Assembly: GCA_038087875.1 (NCBI GenBank)
Contig: CM075983.1
Location: 12,276,001 to 12,340,000, forward strand
From: Malacoraja senta
Taxonomy: Eukaryota
Reading direction: 5' to 3'
Length of the DNA: 64,000 nucleotides
This document shows positions 36,457 to 50,110 of the stretch, in pieces. A program made the translations under genes and the position numbers. The notes under the pieces are model-generated. The model was given only the letters and a program-made list of their open reading frames with translations, ran no database searches and was not told where the DNA came from. Position 1 is the stretch's first letter. Each line of letters starts with the position of its first letter.

Positions 36457-37005
36457 AACAGGATCCTGAGGGGTAACCTTTTCTGTCAGTGGATGGTGGG
36501 TAGATGGGACGAGCTGCCAGAGGAGGAAGTTCAGGCAGGTACAATTTAGAAAGACACTTGGACAGACATTTGGATAGAAAAGGTTTAGAGGGATAAGGGC
36601 CAAATGCAGGCTAATGAGACTAGCTTAGATTGGGCAGCTTGGTCCCCATGGACGAGTTGGGCCGGAGGCCCTGCTTCCGTTCTGTATGGCTCTATGAGAA
36701 GCTACAGTAATTTGCCTTTTTGTTTTAAACAAGTTAACTGCCTTCTAAATTTAAAAATAAACTACCAAATGGAAATTTAAGCTAATTAGCATCTGGCTAG
36801 AACTCATTGTTGCAACAAAATGTTTTTTAAAACTGGGACACGTTAAATTTGCTTTAACCCAGTATGTTCGATAGTTTGTCATCATTGATGCACTGAATCA
36901 ATGCCTATTTTTAATAGGGTCTTGGTTTTACAACTAATGATTTACAATGAAATCAACTTGTTTAAAAAAAAAACGCAATGCAATATTAAGGTGCCTTCGA
37001 CATAC

Positions 37006-37177
37006 CACGTTGATATCAGCATGGATCAGTCTCAGTTCTTCTACATGAGCCATCTTCTCCTGCAGCAAGAGGTCCATTTCATGCTTGTAGTCCTTCAAGT
37101 GTCTTTCTTCAGATTCCAGTGAATCGAATTCAGCCTTCAACCGAGCTTTAATTTTTTCCATTTGCACCGTCTTAGAC
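37006..37177 (-). CDS. ZC4H2: ZC4H2 exon 2
   Basis: cag|G TCT..: (R)[57 protein letters not shown]|gtatg; 172 nt. Confidence 0.97.
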
Positions 37178-37616
37178 CTGCAATTACACGTGAACATTTC
37201 AGGTTCCTGAAATCTAAAGACTTTTATAATTTTGTTTTGCATCACTGTGAACAACTTGCCGTGGTACACTAAAGCTTTAAATAATAAATCAGTTTTCATC
37301 CATCTGGAAAGCAGTAGTACTCGACAAATACCAGACCCAGAAGGATTCTATTTTATTGGAGCCAGTGTGTTTGTGGTCACCTCATGGCCTGGTGCAACCC
37401 AGCACTTACTTTCGTCATCCGAACCAAATCTGTTGATTGCACAACAACCAGCAAGGTACAATTACCCCTCAAATGGGTGAAGGAGGTATAGTTGAGTGGA
37501 GCAGCCAATTTCACACACTGACTGGACAGGTCCTATTTTTACATATTAAATTAGTGCAAGGTTAAACTTTAACGCCCCACACACAATAACACAAAAAGGG
37601 TCCAAGAACACCTTTA

Positions 37617-37960
37617 GGGCGGCAAGTTCCCTTACAGTGCTAGAGACCCAGGTTCGATCCAGACTACAGGTGCTGTCTCAATAGCCTTTGTATGTTCGCA
37701 CTGTGACCGTGTGGGTTTTCTCTGAATGCTCCAGTTTCCTCACACACCCCAAAAACGTGCAGGTTAGTAGGTTAATTGTCTCTAATGTTTCAAGCTTCAA
37801 GGTGTCAAGGTCAGTTTATTGTCACATGTATCAATTAAGGTACAGTGAAATTCGAATGACGTGTTGGATAGAACCAGTGCATGGGTCATCGTTGGTCGGT
37901 GTGGAGTCGTTGGGCCGAAGGGCCTATTTCCACCCTGTATCTCTAAAACCGAAAACTAAA
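37617..37960 (+). mobile_element. HE1-type SINE with a small antisense LINE-tail insertion
   Basis: B-box GGTTCGATCC; extra TTTATTGTCACATGT..ACAGTGAAATTC segment at about 37789-37860. Confidence 0.75.
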
Positions 37961-39002
37961 CATTTGTAGAATTCCTGCATCAACATTTACAGGAGACAAT
38001 TTAAGCCATCGATTGTTTTTAAAATCTACTTGAAGTAACTGTGGGGTTAATCGGTATAATATCTTATTATACGAGCAGTATCTCCCACGCTGCAGTAGCC
38101 GCACATCAGACAAAATTCAAGCTTAAATCTTGGTGTGGCTCTTGAATCTGCAACTTAATTTGGTTCTAACAGAGGTACCAACTGTCCTCCCACAACATTC
38201 GCCCCCAGATTTTAGCTCTACTGATAAAATGGCAGCCAAACTACAGAAAATGTATATTTATAAATTGAAAACTCTAATTAAGTAGTACACTGCAAAACTG
38301 ACGGGCAGGGTTTGGTGCATTGCACCGAATCTGGGTTCGAGTCTAGTTCAAGTCAATGCAACGACTGTTTATTCACTGGAATCTAAACAACAGCTTGCTG
38401 AATATATGCAGCCTGAAAATCCAGTTGAAGAATCCCTATTCACTGTCACTTTTCAAACACATGCTTTATTCTCTCTCGATTTCAGTTGTTTGAATGTTGT
38501 GGCTACAGGACTTTGAGTTATGAGCTGTTCCTCAATGAAGCAAAACCACAGCCTGAGTTGCAAACAAAACACTGAACATATTCCTCCAAGCTTCCTGTGT
38601 GGCTTCTAGAATTCTATGATAAAGCATCTGTGGAGACCCAATGACAAAGCTACAATGAATGACAAATTCCCTGGCTGGAATAGACTGAGTGCAACAACTG
38701 ATGGCAGCTGGCTGCTAAGTGGTAACGCCGTGACAGCCCTCTATTGGTATTCCACACTTCAACTGCACCTCTCTTTTGCAACCAAAATTCTTCCCCTTTT
38801 TCCCAAATTTGGAGTCTGGCAATTATATTTTCTTTAGAACTGAAACAGGCTGCAGAGATCATCGACCACCAGTTTTTACAGAACAAAGCTTTTCACTGTA
38901 CCTCGGTATGCGTGACAATAAGCTAAACTGAACCGAACTCAACTCACTCATCTCATTACACCGTTCATTGAATTCTTGCCCCATCTGATTGTAATGCGTC
39001 AC

Positions 39003-39277
39003 ACTGTACAGTTGCTGCCCTACAGCGCCAGAGACCTGGGTTAGATCCTGACTACAGGTGCTGTCTGTATGGAATTTGTATGTACTCCCCATCACCGGCG
39101 TAGGTTTTCCCCCAGTGCTTCTGTTTCCTCCCACACTCCAAAGACATACAGGTTTGTAGGTTAAATGGCTTTGGAAAGAATTGTAAATTGTCCCTAATGT
39201 GTAGGTCAGTGCTAGGTCGGCACAGACTCGGTGGGCCGAAGGGCCTGTTTCCGCACTGTATCTCTAAACTAAACTAA
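39003..39277 (+). mobile_element. HE1-type SINE
   Basis: Conserved core and CTAAACTAAACTAA tail. Confidence 0.85.
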
Positions 39278-40983
39278 GTCCTATGATCTTTGAGTGAGAG
39301 ATGCACGATTTTCCTTATTTTTAATTTCATATGGAATTATCATAGTAACTCCAATCTATAACTGAGGTATTCTACTTGTTAATGAAGTTAAACTAATGTA
39401 AGAGAATCATTTAATTAATGCCCTATCCACTGACTAAGTTTAGAAAAATCCTGTTTACTAATCGTTTGGCCAAGCATGTTGTCTGCATGGCTTTCAATGC
39501 CACGCAATACAAGCTTGAATGAAAAGTTACTAACATCATCGCTGTTGACACAAGGAGGTGCAGATGTTGGAATCTTGAGCAAAACACAAAGTGCTGGAGC
39601 AACTCCGCGAGTCAGGCAGCATCTGTGGGGCGACACTTCGGATCGGGATCCTTCGCAAACTCAAGAAGGGTCTGAAATGGGTGCCTATCCATTAGACAAT
39701 AGACAATAGGTGCAGTAGGCCATTCAGCCCTTCGAGCCAGCACCGCCATTCAATGTGATCATGGCTGATCATCCCCAATCAGTACCAGTTCCTGCCTTCT
39801 CCGCTGACTCCACTATTTTTAAGAGCCCTATCTAGCTCTCTCTTGAAAGCATCCAGAGAACCTGCCTCCACTGCCCTCTGAGGCAGAGAATTCCACAGAC
39901 TCCATTCCACAGATTCCATTCTCTCCACATATGACTTATTTAGTCAGGTGGTGAATCTGTGGAATTCTTTCCCACAGAAGACTGTGTTGGCCATCTCAGT
40001 GGATATTTTTAAAGCAGAGATAGATAGATTCTTGATTAGTACATGTGTCAGAGGTTATGGGGAGAAGGCAGGGGAGTGGAGTTAGGAGGGGGAGATAGAT
40101 CAGGCATGATTGAATGGCGGAGGAGACTTAGGGCCGAATGGCGTAATTCTACTCCTATTCCTCATGATCTTGATCGATAAAAATACATCTATTGAAGCTC
40201 CTGAACACATCATGTGATCCATATTCCTTATGATCTTTAATACTGTTAGTCCCTCTGAATTACTCCAGAATCTTTGTGCTTTGCTCGTTATCTCTGTTCC
40301 TCTCTCCATGGATGCTGCCTGCCTTGTTGAGTGTTTCCAGCACTATTTATGTTTATATTTCTTACTAAAATTACTTCAAATTTAGCTCCTTTGGGTTACC
40401 CACAGAAAAAAAAATCAAACAATACATTTAACGAGAATTTGCATTACATAATAAAAGTTTACAAAGCAATGAAAAATGTTAAAACACTATTTTCGGCCAT
40501 CAATATCTTTGCCATTTATAAATTCTTCTTCATCATTTTCATGGTAGAATAGGTGTAAAGTGATAAAGCCTTGCGTTTCACACAAACTGTATTTGACAAA
40601 ACTAGCTAAAAGTACATAAAAACCAAAGCTCAAGCAAACATTTTGACACATCTCAGAACCCAGGGAGATAAGCAATCAGGACAGATATTAAATAATTCTA
40701 CCGGCATTATTACTTTTTTATTTCACCTGGTACTAAATAAATATGATTTCTGGCTATATAAATTGACTATGTGTAAAGTGGGGATGTGTTAGCTGAAGAA
40801 AAGCCCTATTTGAAGAGCATGGTTTATTGATTTTATAAAGAGGCTTAGTTTGTGATGATGGATAGAAAAAAAATCACATTCAGAAAACACTGAAGAAGAA
40901 ATAAAAATTGAAATATGGGACATTTAAAGCAATTAATAACATTAAACATCCAGCCAAATATATATTTTTAGAAAGTAATTTAC

Positions 40984-41268
40984 AGCAGCTGGTAGAGCAG
41001 CCGCCTCAGAGTGGCAGAGACCCGGGTTCGATCCTGACCATGGGTGCTGTCTGTGTGGAGTTTGCACTCTCTCCTGTATAGGCTTCTGCCAAATGCTTCG
41101 GTTTTCTACCACAGCACAAAGGCACGTGGGCTTGAAGGTTAATCAGCTTCTGTAAAATTGCCCCTTGTGTTGAAAGAGTAGTTGAAGTACCAGTCTGAAT
41201 GGGGGATCGATGGTCAGCATGGACTCGGTGGGCCAAAGGGCCTTTTTCCACGCTGCATCTCTAAACTA
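40984..41268 (+). mobile_element. HE1-type SINE
   Basis: GACCCGGGTTCGATCC B-box, core and tail. Confidence 0.8.
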
Positions 41269-44047
41269 TATTAAAGCTTCCTATTCCTATTCCTATTTCC
41301 ATAGAGCTCCAATCCCCATTGCAATTAACAGGGTCTCGGCCAAGTGTCTGCTTTGGCCTGGCGCAAGATCCAGAAGGGGATTATACCATTGTAAATTTGG
41401 GCAAGTTGCAGTAAGAGTGAACTCCATCACTGATCACTATGGAGACTCCAGTAGTGAGGTGAACCATCCATTCACCCTTCAAACAGGTCAACATGCACCA
41501 TAGCTCCACGTTTCATACTTCACGTGTGGACGTCTAGGACTTACAACCACGTAAAATACTGAATGCCTGGTCTTGATCTGAAATGCCAGCGAAACACCGC
41601 ACAGTCCAGCCCAGTATCAGCATACTACAGGCAGATAGTGTTGGGTTTGTGAGGGAAGAAGATTGAGCATTCACAGAACAATGAACGGACACTGTGAACA
41701 ATACCAGTATTGTAAGCAGAACAATTCCAAATGCTTATTCTCATTCCATGCATACAAGGTCTCATTTTCCAGGGATTTATTTTAAAAGTGTTTCTGGCAA
41801 TAGACCAGAACAGATGCAAATAATCTACACCATTCTTCATTATATTTTTATTACAGTTATTCCATTGCATAATATGACAAACAGTCCCTCAACAACCTGG
41901 TAGTTAGATCAGGATCCTACTTTTATAGATCAACATCCACCAAATGTTAGAGACTTTCTCATGGGTTGCAAGAAACCTGTATTAAATTTATCACGAAGAG
42001 GCAATAATTAAGAAGAATATTGTTCATTTAAGGAAGCAGCCGCTTGCAGAAGGTAATGAAGCAAAATTACATTTCGTACAAATAAATGTGCTTAATGAGT
42101 TGGGGTAAATTGAAGATAGCTCACTCATCTGTTAGCTCCAATGCACTGTTTCCATTTCCTTCATTCCTCTCTGGAAGCCTGGCATAGTTTCTTTGAGTCA
42201 GTAGAATGGTGCTGGATAATTTTCAATACACTATTAAAGCTGCCAAAGTTTCATGATCAAATGACAGATTTGGCAGATTTCCTTTCTCTAGCACAGGGGT
42301 ACCACGGCCAAATGCTTGTATAGCTAGCGTCTATCTAAAGCATCACAATTAAACTTCAAATAAGTAGCCAACTGAATCAGATGAAAGTGTAGAAACAAGG
42401 AACTGCTGGTTCACAAAAGGAGACACAAAAGTGCAGGAGTGCTGGAGTAACTCAGGAGGTCAGGCAGAGCATCTCAGGAGAACACAGGTAAGGAATGTTT
42501 CAGGTCGGGAGTCTAAAGAAGGGTGTCGACTCGAAACGTCACCCTTTCCTTCTCTCCAGAGATGCTGCCTGTCCCATTGAGTTACTCCAGCATTTTGTGT
42601 CTATTTTCAGGTTGGGATCCTTCTTCAGTCTAAAGTTACTCCAGCACTTTATGTATTTCCTTCGCTCCATAGATGCTGCCTCACCCGCTGAGTCTCTCTA
42701 GCATTTTTGTCTACCATCACTTTATGTCTTCTTCACAGATGAAAGTGTGTGTTTTTTTTAATAGATTCCTACTAATTGGGCAATTTCTGTGGCTCTATTC
42801 CTCATACAATTGAATGCATTTTTAAACTTTCATCTCCTCTCTTATCTACAATTCAAACTGTGAGAAAACGACAGATCATAGGATAAAATGGTCATTGTGA
42901 TTGGTTGCATCAATCACCATCATTTTTCATGTAGATTAGTTTAGAGATTTAAAACGTGCTTTTTTGTACAAGTTATTGAATGTTGCAACAAATCATTTGG
43001 CCACTTAATGTCAGAAATGCTTTTAACATGTTTCCTTCCATTTAACTACACTACTGTCTGGGGCTCTGGGGAGTTGTACCTTTCATCTGGCTCCTGAAGA
43101 ACTACAGGGGGTGATGACAACCTGGCAAGGCATTTGCATGAACCAAATAAAAAGGGTGGAAAAAAACATTATTTATTGAAGAAATCTTGAATTAATTATT
43201 TCTCAGTGTTTTTAGATTTAGCCGTTAAAAAGAAATTCTGAGCCATTGCCTTAGTTTAAGATGTGGATTATTTTACATTGCTGAGAGGTGCTTTTTGCTA
43301 AAACATTTAAATGATAATTTGAGGCCAAGCACAGGCATTTGCCCAGATCGTTATCCCATCTGTCTGGATCATGATCTCTCATCTGATTAAGGACTGAGCA
43401 TTAAAAATTATAGAAGGGAAAGTCTCCATTATCATTCAGGGCAGCCCAATGGCGCAGCTGGTAGAGCCACTGCCTTTAAGTGTACAAAACCTGGGTTCAA
43501 TCCTGACATCTGCTGCCGTGTGTGTGCAGTTTGCACATTCTCCCTGTGACCACATCTTTCTGCCAGGTTCTCCAGTTCCCTCCTACATCCCAAAGACATG
43601 TAGGTTGATCGGTTTGGTAGCCATGCAAATTACCATGGTGTGCACGAGTGGTAGAATAGATGAGAATGAAAAATGGTACTAATATTCATGCTTAATGTCA
43701 TATTTATTAATTATTTAAATATAATGTTATATATTAGTATTTAACTAGTAAACTGGTAGTTAAATATTAATATTTTAAAGTATGAATATTTTATATAAAA
43801 TATTTAAGATATGATGGTCGCTACTGACTGTGGGGTGAAGGACCCATTTCAATGCTGCATTGGTATGTCAGAGACAGTTTCAGATCCGCAAATCTATAAT
43901 GGTATTATCAATAAGTTCTTAATTTATGATCTAAAATAGAGCAAGGCTTTGGCAAAAGATTTTAAAAATTCAAACTTTAATGTATATTCTGCCACAAGGG
44001 CGGCAGGTGGAGGGAAATGGACAGACAATGTTTTAGGTGGAGATCCT

Positions 44048-44537
44048 TCTTCTCCTGCCTTCTCCCCATAACCCCTGACACCCGTACTAATCAAGAATCT
44101 ATCTATCTCTGCCTTAAATATATCCATTGACGGCCGCCACCACCTTCTGAGGTAAAGAATTCCACAAATTCACCACCCTCCTCATCTCCTTCCCAAAGGA
44201 ACTTCCTTTAATTCTGAGGCTATGACCTCTAGTCCTAGACTCCCCCACTAGTGGAAACATCCTCTCCACATCCACTCTATCCAAGCCTTTCACTATTCTG
44301 TACGTTTCAATTAGGTCTCCCCCTTATTCTTCTAAAGTCCAGCGAGTACAGGCCCAGTGCTGTCAAATGCTCATCATATGTTAGTTAACCCACATTCCTG
44401 GGATCATTCTTGTAAACCTCCTCTGGATGCTCTCCAGAGCTAGCACATCCTTCCTTAGATATGGTGTCCAAAATTGCTCACAATACTCCAAATGCAGCCT
44501 GACCAGCTCCTCATAGAGCCTCAGCATTACATCCCTG
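44048..44537 (-). mobile_element. CR1 LINE ORF2 3' fragment
   Basis: RDVMLRLYEELVRLHLEYCEQFWTPYLRKDVLALESIQRRFTRMIPGM. Confidence 0.85.
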
Positions 44538-44763
44538 TCGTCTGGAGGTAGAGTGTTCCAGAGATTTGCCACCCTCGGAGAAGTTAGAATTATGAACAAG
44601 TGTTATGGCTCTACTGAACATGGTGGGTTAGCAAGAGGCAGCAGGGCTTTGAATGATCACATGTTCGCAGGAGGTTGAAGTGGGGTGGGGTGGGGGGAGG
44701 GGATGAGCATGTTGTAATAGTCAAATCTAGGTAACAAAAGCATAGACAAGTTTTTCAACAATA

Positions 44764-45308
44764 AGGGCAGTACAGTGGCACAGCGGTAGAGTCGCTGCCT
44801 TACAGTGCTAAAGACACGGGTTCGATCCTGACTATGGGTGCTGCCTGCACGTTGCTTGTACATTCTGCCTGTGCCTTCTTTAGTCAGAGGGTGGTGAATC
44901 TGTAGGATTCTTTGCCACAGAAGGCTGTAGAGGCCAAGTCAGTGGATATTTTTATGGCAGAGATAGATTCTTGATTAGTACAGGTGTCAGAGTTTATGGG
45001 GAGAAGGCAGGAGAATGGGATTAGGAGGGAGAGATAGATCAGCCATGGTTGAATGACGGAGTAGACTTGATGGGCCGAGTGGCCTAATTCTACTCCAATT
45101 CCTTATGACCTTATGACTGCATGGGTTTTCTGCGGGTGCTCCGGTTTCCTCCCCACACTCCAAAGACAGACAGGTTTGTAGGTTAATTGGCTTAGGGAAA
45201 ATTATAAATTGTCCCTAGCGTTAGGGATAGTGCTAGTGTACAGGGTGATCGCTGGTCTGTGCAGGATTGGTGGGTCGAAGGGTCTGTTTCCATGCTGTGT
45301 CTTTAAAT
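44764..45308 (+). mobile_element. HE1-type SINE interrupted by a CR1 3' end (about 44873-45113)
   Basis: SINE head to ..CCTGTG, CR1 tail ending CCTTATGACCTTATGA, then the SINE resumes at CTGCATGGGTTTTC. Confidence 0.8.
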
Positions 45309-46417
45309 AGGTGAATGGAGAAATACTGCAGAGATTCTCCAGAGATGATGTCTGACCCGTTGAGTTACTCTAACTTTTTGTGTCTATCTTCGAATGGAGT
45401 AGGAGATGGATTCAGGAGATGCTATGGAGATCGCTGCAGGCTGCGTCGATGACAACTTGGAAAAGTTGTTGGTAAAATATGACACTAGAGTTGTAAACTT
45501 TCTGGTTCAGTTTCAAATCTAGTTCAATTTGTCAGAGAAAGATTGGAGTTTGCCAATGGGGAACAAAGCTTGTGATGAGATCCAAATAAAACAACATTAG
45601 CCTTCTCCGAAGAAGGGTCTCGACCCAAAACCTCGCCCATTCCTTCTCTCCATAGATGCTGCCTCACCCGCTGAGTTACTCCAGCATTTTGTTTCTACCT
45701 TAGCCTTCTCAATATTCCGTTGGAGTAAATTTATGATCCTCCAGCACAGGTGTTGCCTTCTCTGCTGAGTATTTCCACCATTTTTCTATTTTAGTTTTAT
45801 AACATTTGTAAGTATTGATTTTCATGTTAAAAAGATACATGGACAATTTAGGGATGGTGGAGGAATCCTATAGAGGGGCCATTGAGAAAAACTAGCGTGT
45901 TATGTGGAAACTAGCTGCGTTTTCAAATGGTATCTTAAAGTGGAAGCACTAAAGCAAAAAGGATTGATCCCAGAGGACATCAGTACAGGAATGGGAAGGA
46001 AAGCCATTACTAATCATAGTTATAAAAGATGTAATAAGCGATAAGAATTATGATAACACCAGGACTGAAATGCAACGACTGTTTGGGACACAGATTGGGG
46101 GAGGGTGGTGGATGCAGCCTAGAATTCAAAATAACAATTATGGGAAAGGTGAACAAGTATTCGGGAGACTATTACCAAAAAATTATTACAATTACAATTG
46201 AAAATTGACATGCAAAATGAAATGTGATAACACTCATTTCTGAGCATTTTGACTTCACTTGGGAAATTCAACCAAATATTTCCCAGAATTATTCCCTGTT
46301 GCACAATGGATATGATTTCTGTTTCAGCCACACATGAACTGATGCCATTTTATATATAATACACCTTCACAATAATTGATGATGAAATTTGCTCATGACA
46401 GCCCAGGAGCAAGCTAA

Positions 46418-47075
46418 GATAGACACAAAATGCTGGAGTAACTCAGAGGGACAGGCAGCATCTCTGGAGAGAAGGAATGGGCGTCAAGACCTTTCTTCAG
46501 ACTGATGTCAGGGGAGTGGGAGGTACAGAGCTGCCCAAGTGAAATATGAGGCGATGTTCCTCCAATTTGCGCTGGGCCTCACTCTGACAATAGCGGAGGC
46601 CCAGGACAGAAAGATCAGTGTGGCAATGGGAGGGGGAGTTAAAGTGTTGAGCAACCGGGAGATCGGATAGGTTTAGGCAGACTGAGTGGAAGTGTTCAGT
46701 GAAACGATCGCCGAGCCTGCACTTGGTCTCGGCGATATACAGGAGTCCACACCTGGAACAGTTGATGCAGTTGATGAGGTTGGAGGAGGTGCAAGTGAAC
46801 CTCTGCCTCACCTGAAAGGACTGTCGGGGTCCTTGGACGGAGTTGAGGGGGGAACTAAAGGGACAGGTGTTGCATCTCCTGTGGTTGCAGGGGAAAGTAC
46901 CTGGGATGGGGGTATTTTTGTGTGGGAAGGGACGAATTGACCTGAGAGTTGCGGAGGGAACGGTCTCTGCGGAAAGTGGAAAGGGGTGGAGATGGGAAGA
47001 TGTGGCTAGTGGTGGGATCCCATTGGAGGTGGCAAAAATGTCGGAGGATTATGTGCTGTATGCGACGGTCAACCA
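46418..47075 (-). mobile_element. Penelope-like element: Cys-rich linker + GIY-YIG endonuclease fragment + pseudo-LTR
   Basis: FTCTSSNLINCINCSRCGLLYIAETKCRLGDRFTEH..VAQHFNSPSH..RKLEEHRLIFHLG. The upstream PGTFPCNHRRCNTCP linker is Neptune-like. Contiguous with the abundant terminal repeat. Confidence 0.9.
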
Positions 47076-47679
47076 TCATCTGCAGTTCACACCAAGAGCA
47101 ACCTATAATGGGTTATTATTTATTTGATCACATTAACAACAACCTACTTCTGGGACAATTTGGTTTTAATACCACAGCCCTGGACTAGGAACCCTACAAA
47201 TCTAGTCACATCCTTACCTTTGATCCTTCAGTCGCCATTGTGCCTATGACCCAAATTTATATCAAAATATAAAATAAGCCATAAAATAATTACAAGCCAT
47301 AAAATAATTTTCCAGCCTTACCCCACTTTCCAACTCCTGATCTATAGCACTGAAGGTTATGGTACACGATTGAAGCTCTTTTTTTAAAAACTGTGATGCG
47401 GTTTCTCCTTCCACTCCCCGATCACTTAACAATTTTCAGATATTCTCTATCTGCTGAAGTGAAAAGAATACCTACAACACATCTCAAATTTGTTCAGCAA
47501 TTACCACAAATCTTCAGCCCATAGTTATTGACTACTGTGTTATGGGAAATTACAGGCAAGGAAGGCCAACTAAGGTCTTCAATTTTATATTCCAATTAAC
47601 TCTTCCCTCACTTGCATACAAATTAATCAACCCATGTCTGAATAAAAATGTTCACAGCAACATGTTTTCCTTTCCCACC

Positions 47680-49255
47680 TCAGCACCATCTGAAGAAAGC
47701 GTGCATTTAGATCAAGGCCAAGCAGCAGACGGATGCTGGAAATTAGTAACTTGGATGATGAAGGGGGAGGAAGCAGTGGAGATCTGTACCTCCAATGTGA
47801 GTCTGCACAATAACAATAACCCATGACTGGGCTCTCCATCTAGTGCAGCACAATGAACAATGACCATTGCTCCTGGGACAAAGTATGTGGCCAAATTCTG
47901 CTCTAAATGTTTTTATAAGTTTGCAGATGATACCGCCTTAATGGGCTGGATCTCAAACAATGGCAAGATGGAGTACAGCAAGGAGATAGATGAGTCCGAA
48001 GAATGCTCTCGACCCGAAACGTCACCCATTCCTTCTATCCAGAGATACTGCCTGTCTCACTGAGTTACTGCAGCATTTTGTGTCTATCTTCGATAGAGGG
48101 CTTAGTAGCATGGTGGCATGTCAGCAGATTGAAGGAGCTGGTCATTGGCTGGAGTACATGCCCCAATCTGTATCAATGATGCTGAATTGGAAGCGGTCAA
48201 AATCTTCAGGTTTCTGACTATAAAAATCGCCAACAATTTGTCTGGTCCAACGACATAGATACTGCCGCCAAGGAATAACAACACCTCTACTTCCTCAGAA
48301 GGCAGGTTAGTAGGTTAATTGGCTTCTGTAAATTGTCTCTAATGTCTAGGATAGAACTAGTGCATGGGTCATCGCTGGTTGGCTTGGGCTTGTTGGGCCG
48401 AAAGGCCTGTTTCCACGCTGTATTTCTAAAAGCAAAAACTAAACATTTGTTGAATTCCTGCATCAATATTTACAGGAGACAACATAGGTCAAAAATTCGA
48501 CATGTCTCCAACGACTTCTAGCAATGTCTACAGAAGCACTGTAGAAATCATTCTGTCTGGATGCATGTGTGGGAAAGAACCGCAGATGCTGGTTACACTG
48601 AAGATAGACACAAAGTGCTGGAGCACCTCAGCGGGTCAAGCAGCATCTCTGGAGGAAAGGTAGGCGACTACCTTTTGTTCATTTTCTCCCGAGATGCTGC
48701 CTGACCCACAGAAGCAATCCAGCACTTTGTGTCTACCTGTATGGATGCATCACAGCTTGGTGTGGCAACTGCTCTGGCCAAGACGGCAAGAAACTGCAGA
48801 GTTATGGATGCAGCCCAGTCCATCATTCAGACCAACCTTCCTCTACCCCCACCCAACTTGCTTTGACATCATCTCTACTTCACATTGCCTCAGGAAAACA
48901 GCCAACATAAATCAAGGACCACTCTACCATCTTCTCCTCTCACCACTCAGCCACAAGATACAAAAGCTGAAAAGCACTTTCCACCACCTTCAAGAACAGG
49001 TTCTTCCCCACTGTTATCAGACCGACGAACAGACCACACATACACACAGGATGAATTTCCCAATCTTCCAATCTACTTTGTTGCAGCACATACTTTTTTT
49101 TTACATCTGCATTTATTTTCAAAATCCTTGTATGTCCACGATATTTATTCTGCATTCTGTTTATTATTTTTCTCTTTTTCACTACCTGATGTTTCTAGAT
49201 AACAGGCGAAACAAAGTTTTTCACTGTAACTCGGTACACGTGACAATAACAAACC
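47680..49255 (+). mobile_element. Old Rex1-type LINE, fragmented by later insertions
   Basis: KFADDTALMGWISNNG at about 47917, C-terminal motifs, and 3' UTR ending CACTGTAACTCGGTACACGTGACAATAA. Confidence 0.7.
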
Positions 49256-49722
49256 AATACTAATTATATTACCGTTCACTCGTAACAGACAGACTGATGC
49301 CGAAAGCTTCAAATAGTAAATATGACAATTCGCTGACTGTTGTTAATGTGATCAAATAAATCATAACCGATTGTCTTTTGGTTAAAATCAGCTCAAATGC
49401 TACACACCGAATTGTCAACATTGTTGAAGTGTTTGGAAATTAAATTTAGGGGATCGGAGGCTTACTTGAAACAAATTAAGTTTAAGAGTCAACGTTTTAC
49501 AAAATATGTTACGTGTTGAATTGCATTTTGACAGGTCTGCGCCTTATTTTCATTTACGTTAAATGGGCATGTACTGGATGAGGTGCACAGCCTTATCAAG
49601 AGGAAAGTCTAGTCAGCCTACCACCATTGTAAATAGGTACGATGCATCTGCCGCACATATTGATTGTTTGGACCACACTCGAGATGCGAAAGCAATGAAT
49701 TAACAGAATACGTTCTCTTCAC

Positions 49723-49775
49723 CTTATTTCCTTAATGCTCTCCAGTTTGCACATGATCTCCTGCTCTTCGGTCAT
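49723..49775 (-). CDS. ZC4H2: ZC4H2 exon 1 (coding part)
   Basis: gcagcATG ACC GAA GAG..: MTEEQEIMCKLESIKEI(R) AG|gtgaag; 53 nt. Phases join correctly with exon 2, and the total CDS is 675 nt. Confidence 0.95.
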
Positions 49776-49859
49776 GCTGCTTGCAGTGGACGTGCAGCAA
49801 GAAGCTGAATGAATGCTAACAAAAGAAATCACCCTGTAGCGGCTTCACAGTCACACATC

Positions 49860-50110
49860 TAACAGCGAGCGTGTGAAGCGAGTGAGGGAGCACGCACGCA
49901 GCACAAGACCTCGGGAGTTGCAGTCCTTTCCACCCAAAACAGAAAGAAAATTCCCAAGTATGAACTACTACTCCCGTCAAGCCCTATTAAACCCCCCTCA
50001 CTTCCTGTTCTCCACTGGGAAAGTAGGGAAAGGAAGCTTTTGTTACATTTCATTCTCTGCGAAATGCCACCCAGTCGGTGAAACTTCGCAAGCTGCGATT
50101 CCACGCATTA
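49860..50110 (-). promoter_or_regulatory. Probable ZC4H2 promoter region
   Basis: Repeat-free and locally CpG-enriched. ZNF143/THAP11-like motifs GGACTGCAACTCCCGA (-, 49911-49926) and AACTACTACTCCCG (+, 49963-49976); ETS-like ACTTCCTG near 50000. Confidence 0.55.

Noticed and set aside
36934-37299. 121-aa ORF as a standalone gene
   Set aside because: It is ZC4H2 exon 2 read through into intron sequence on both sides.
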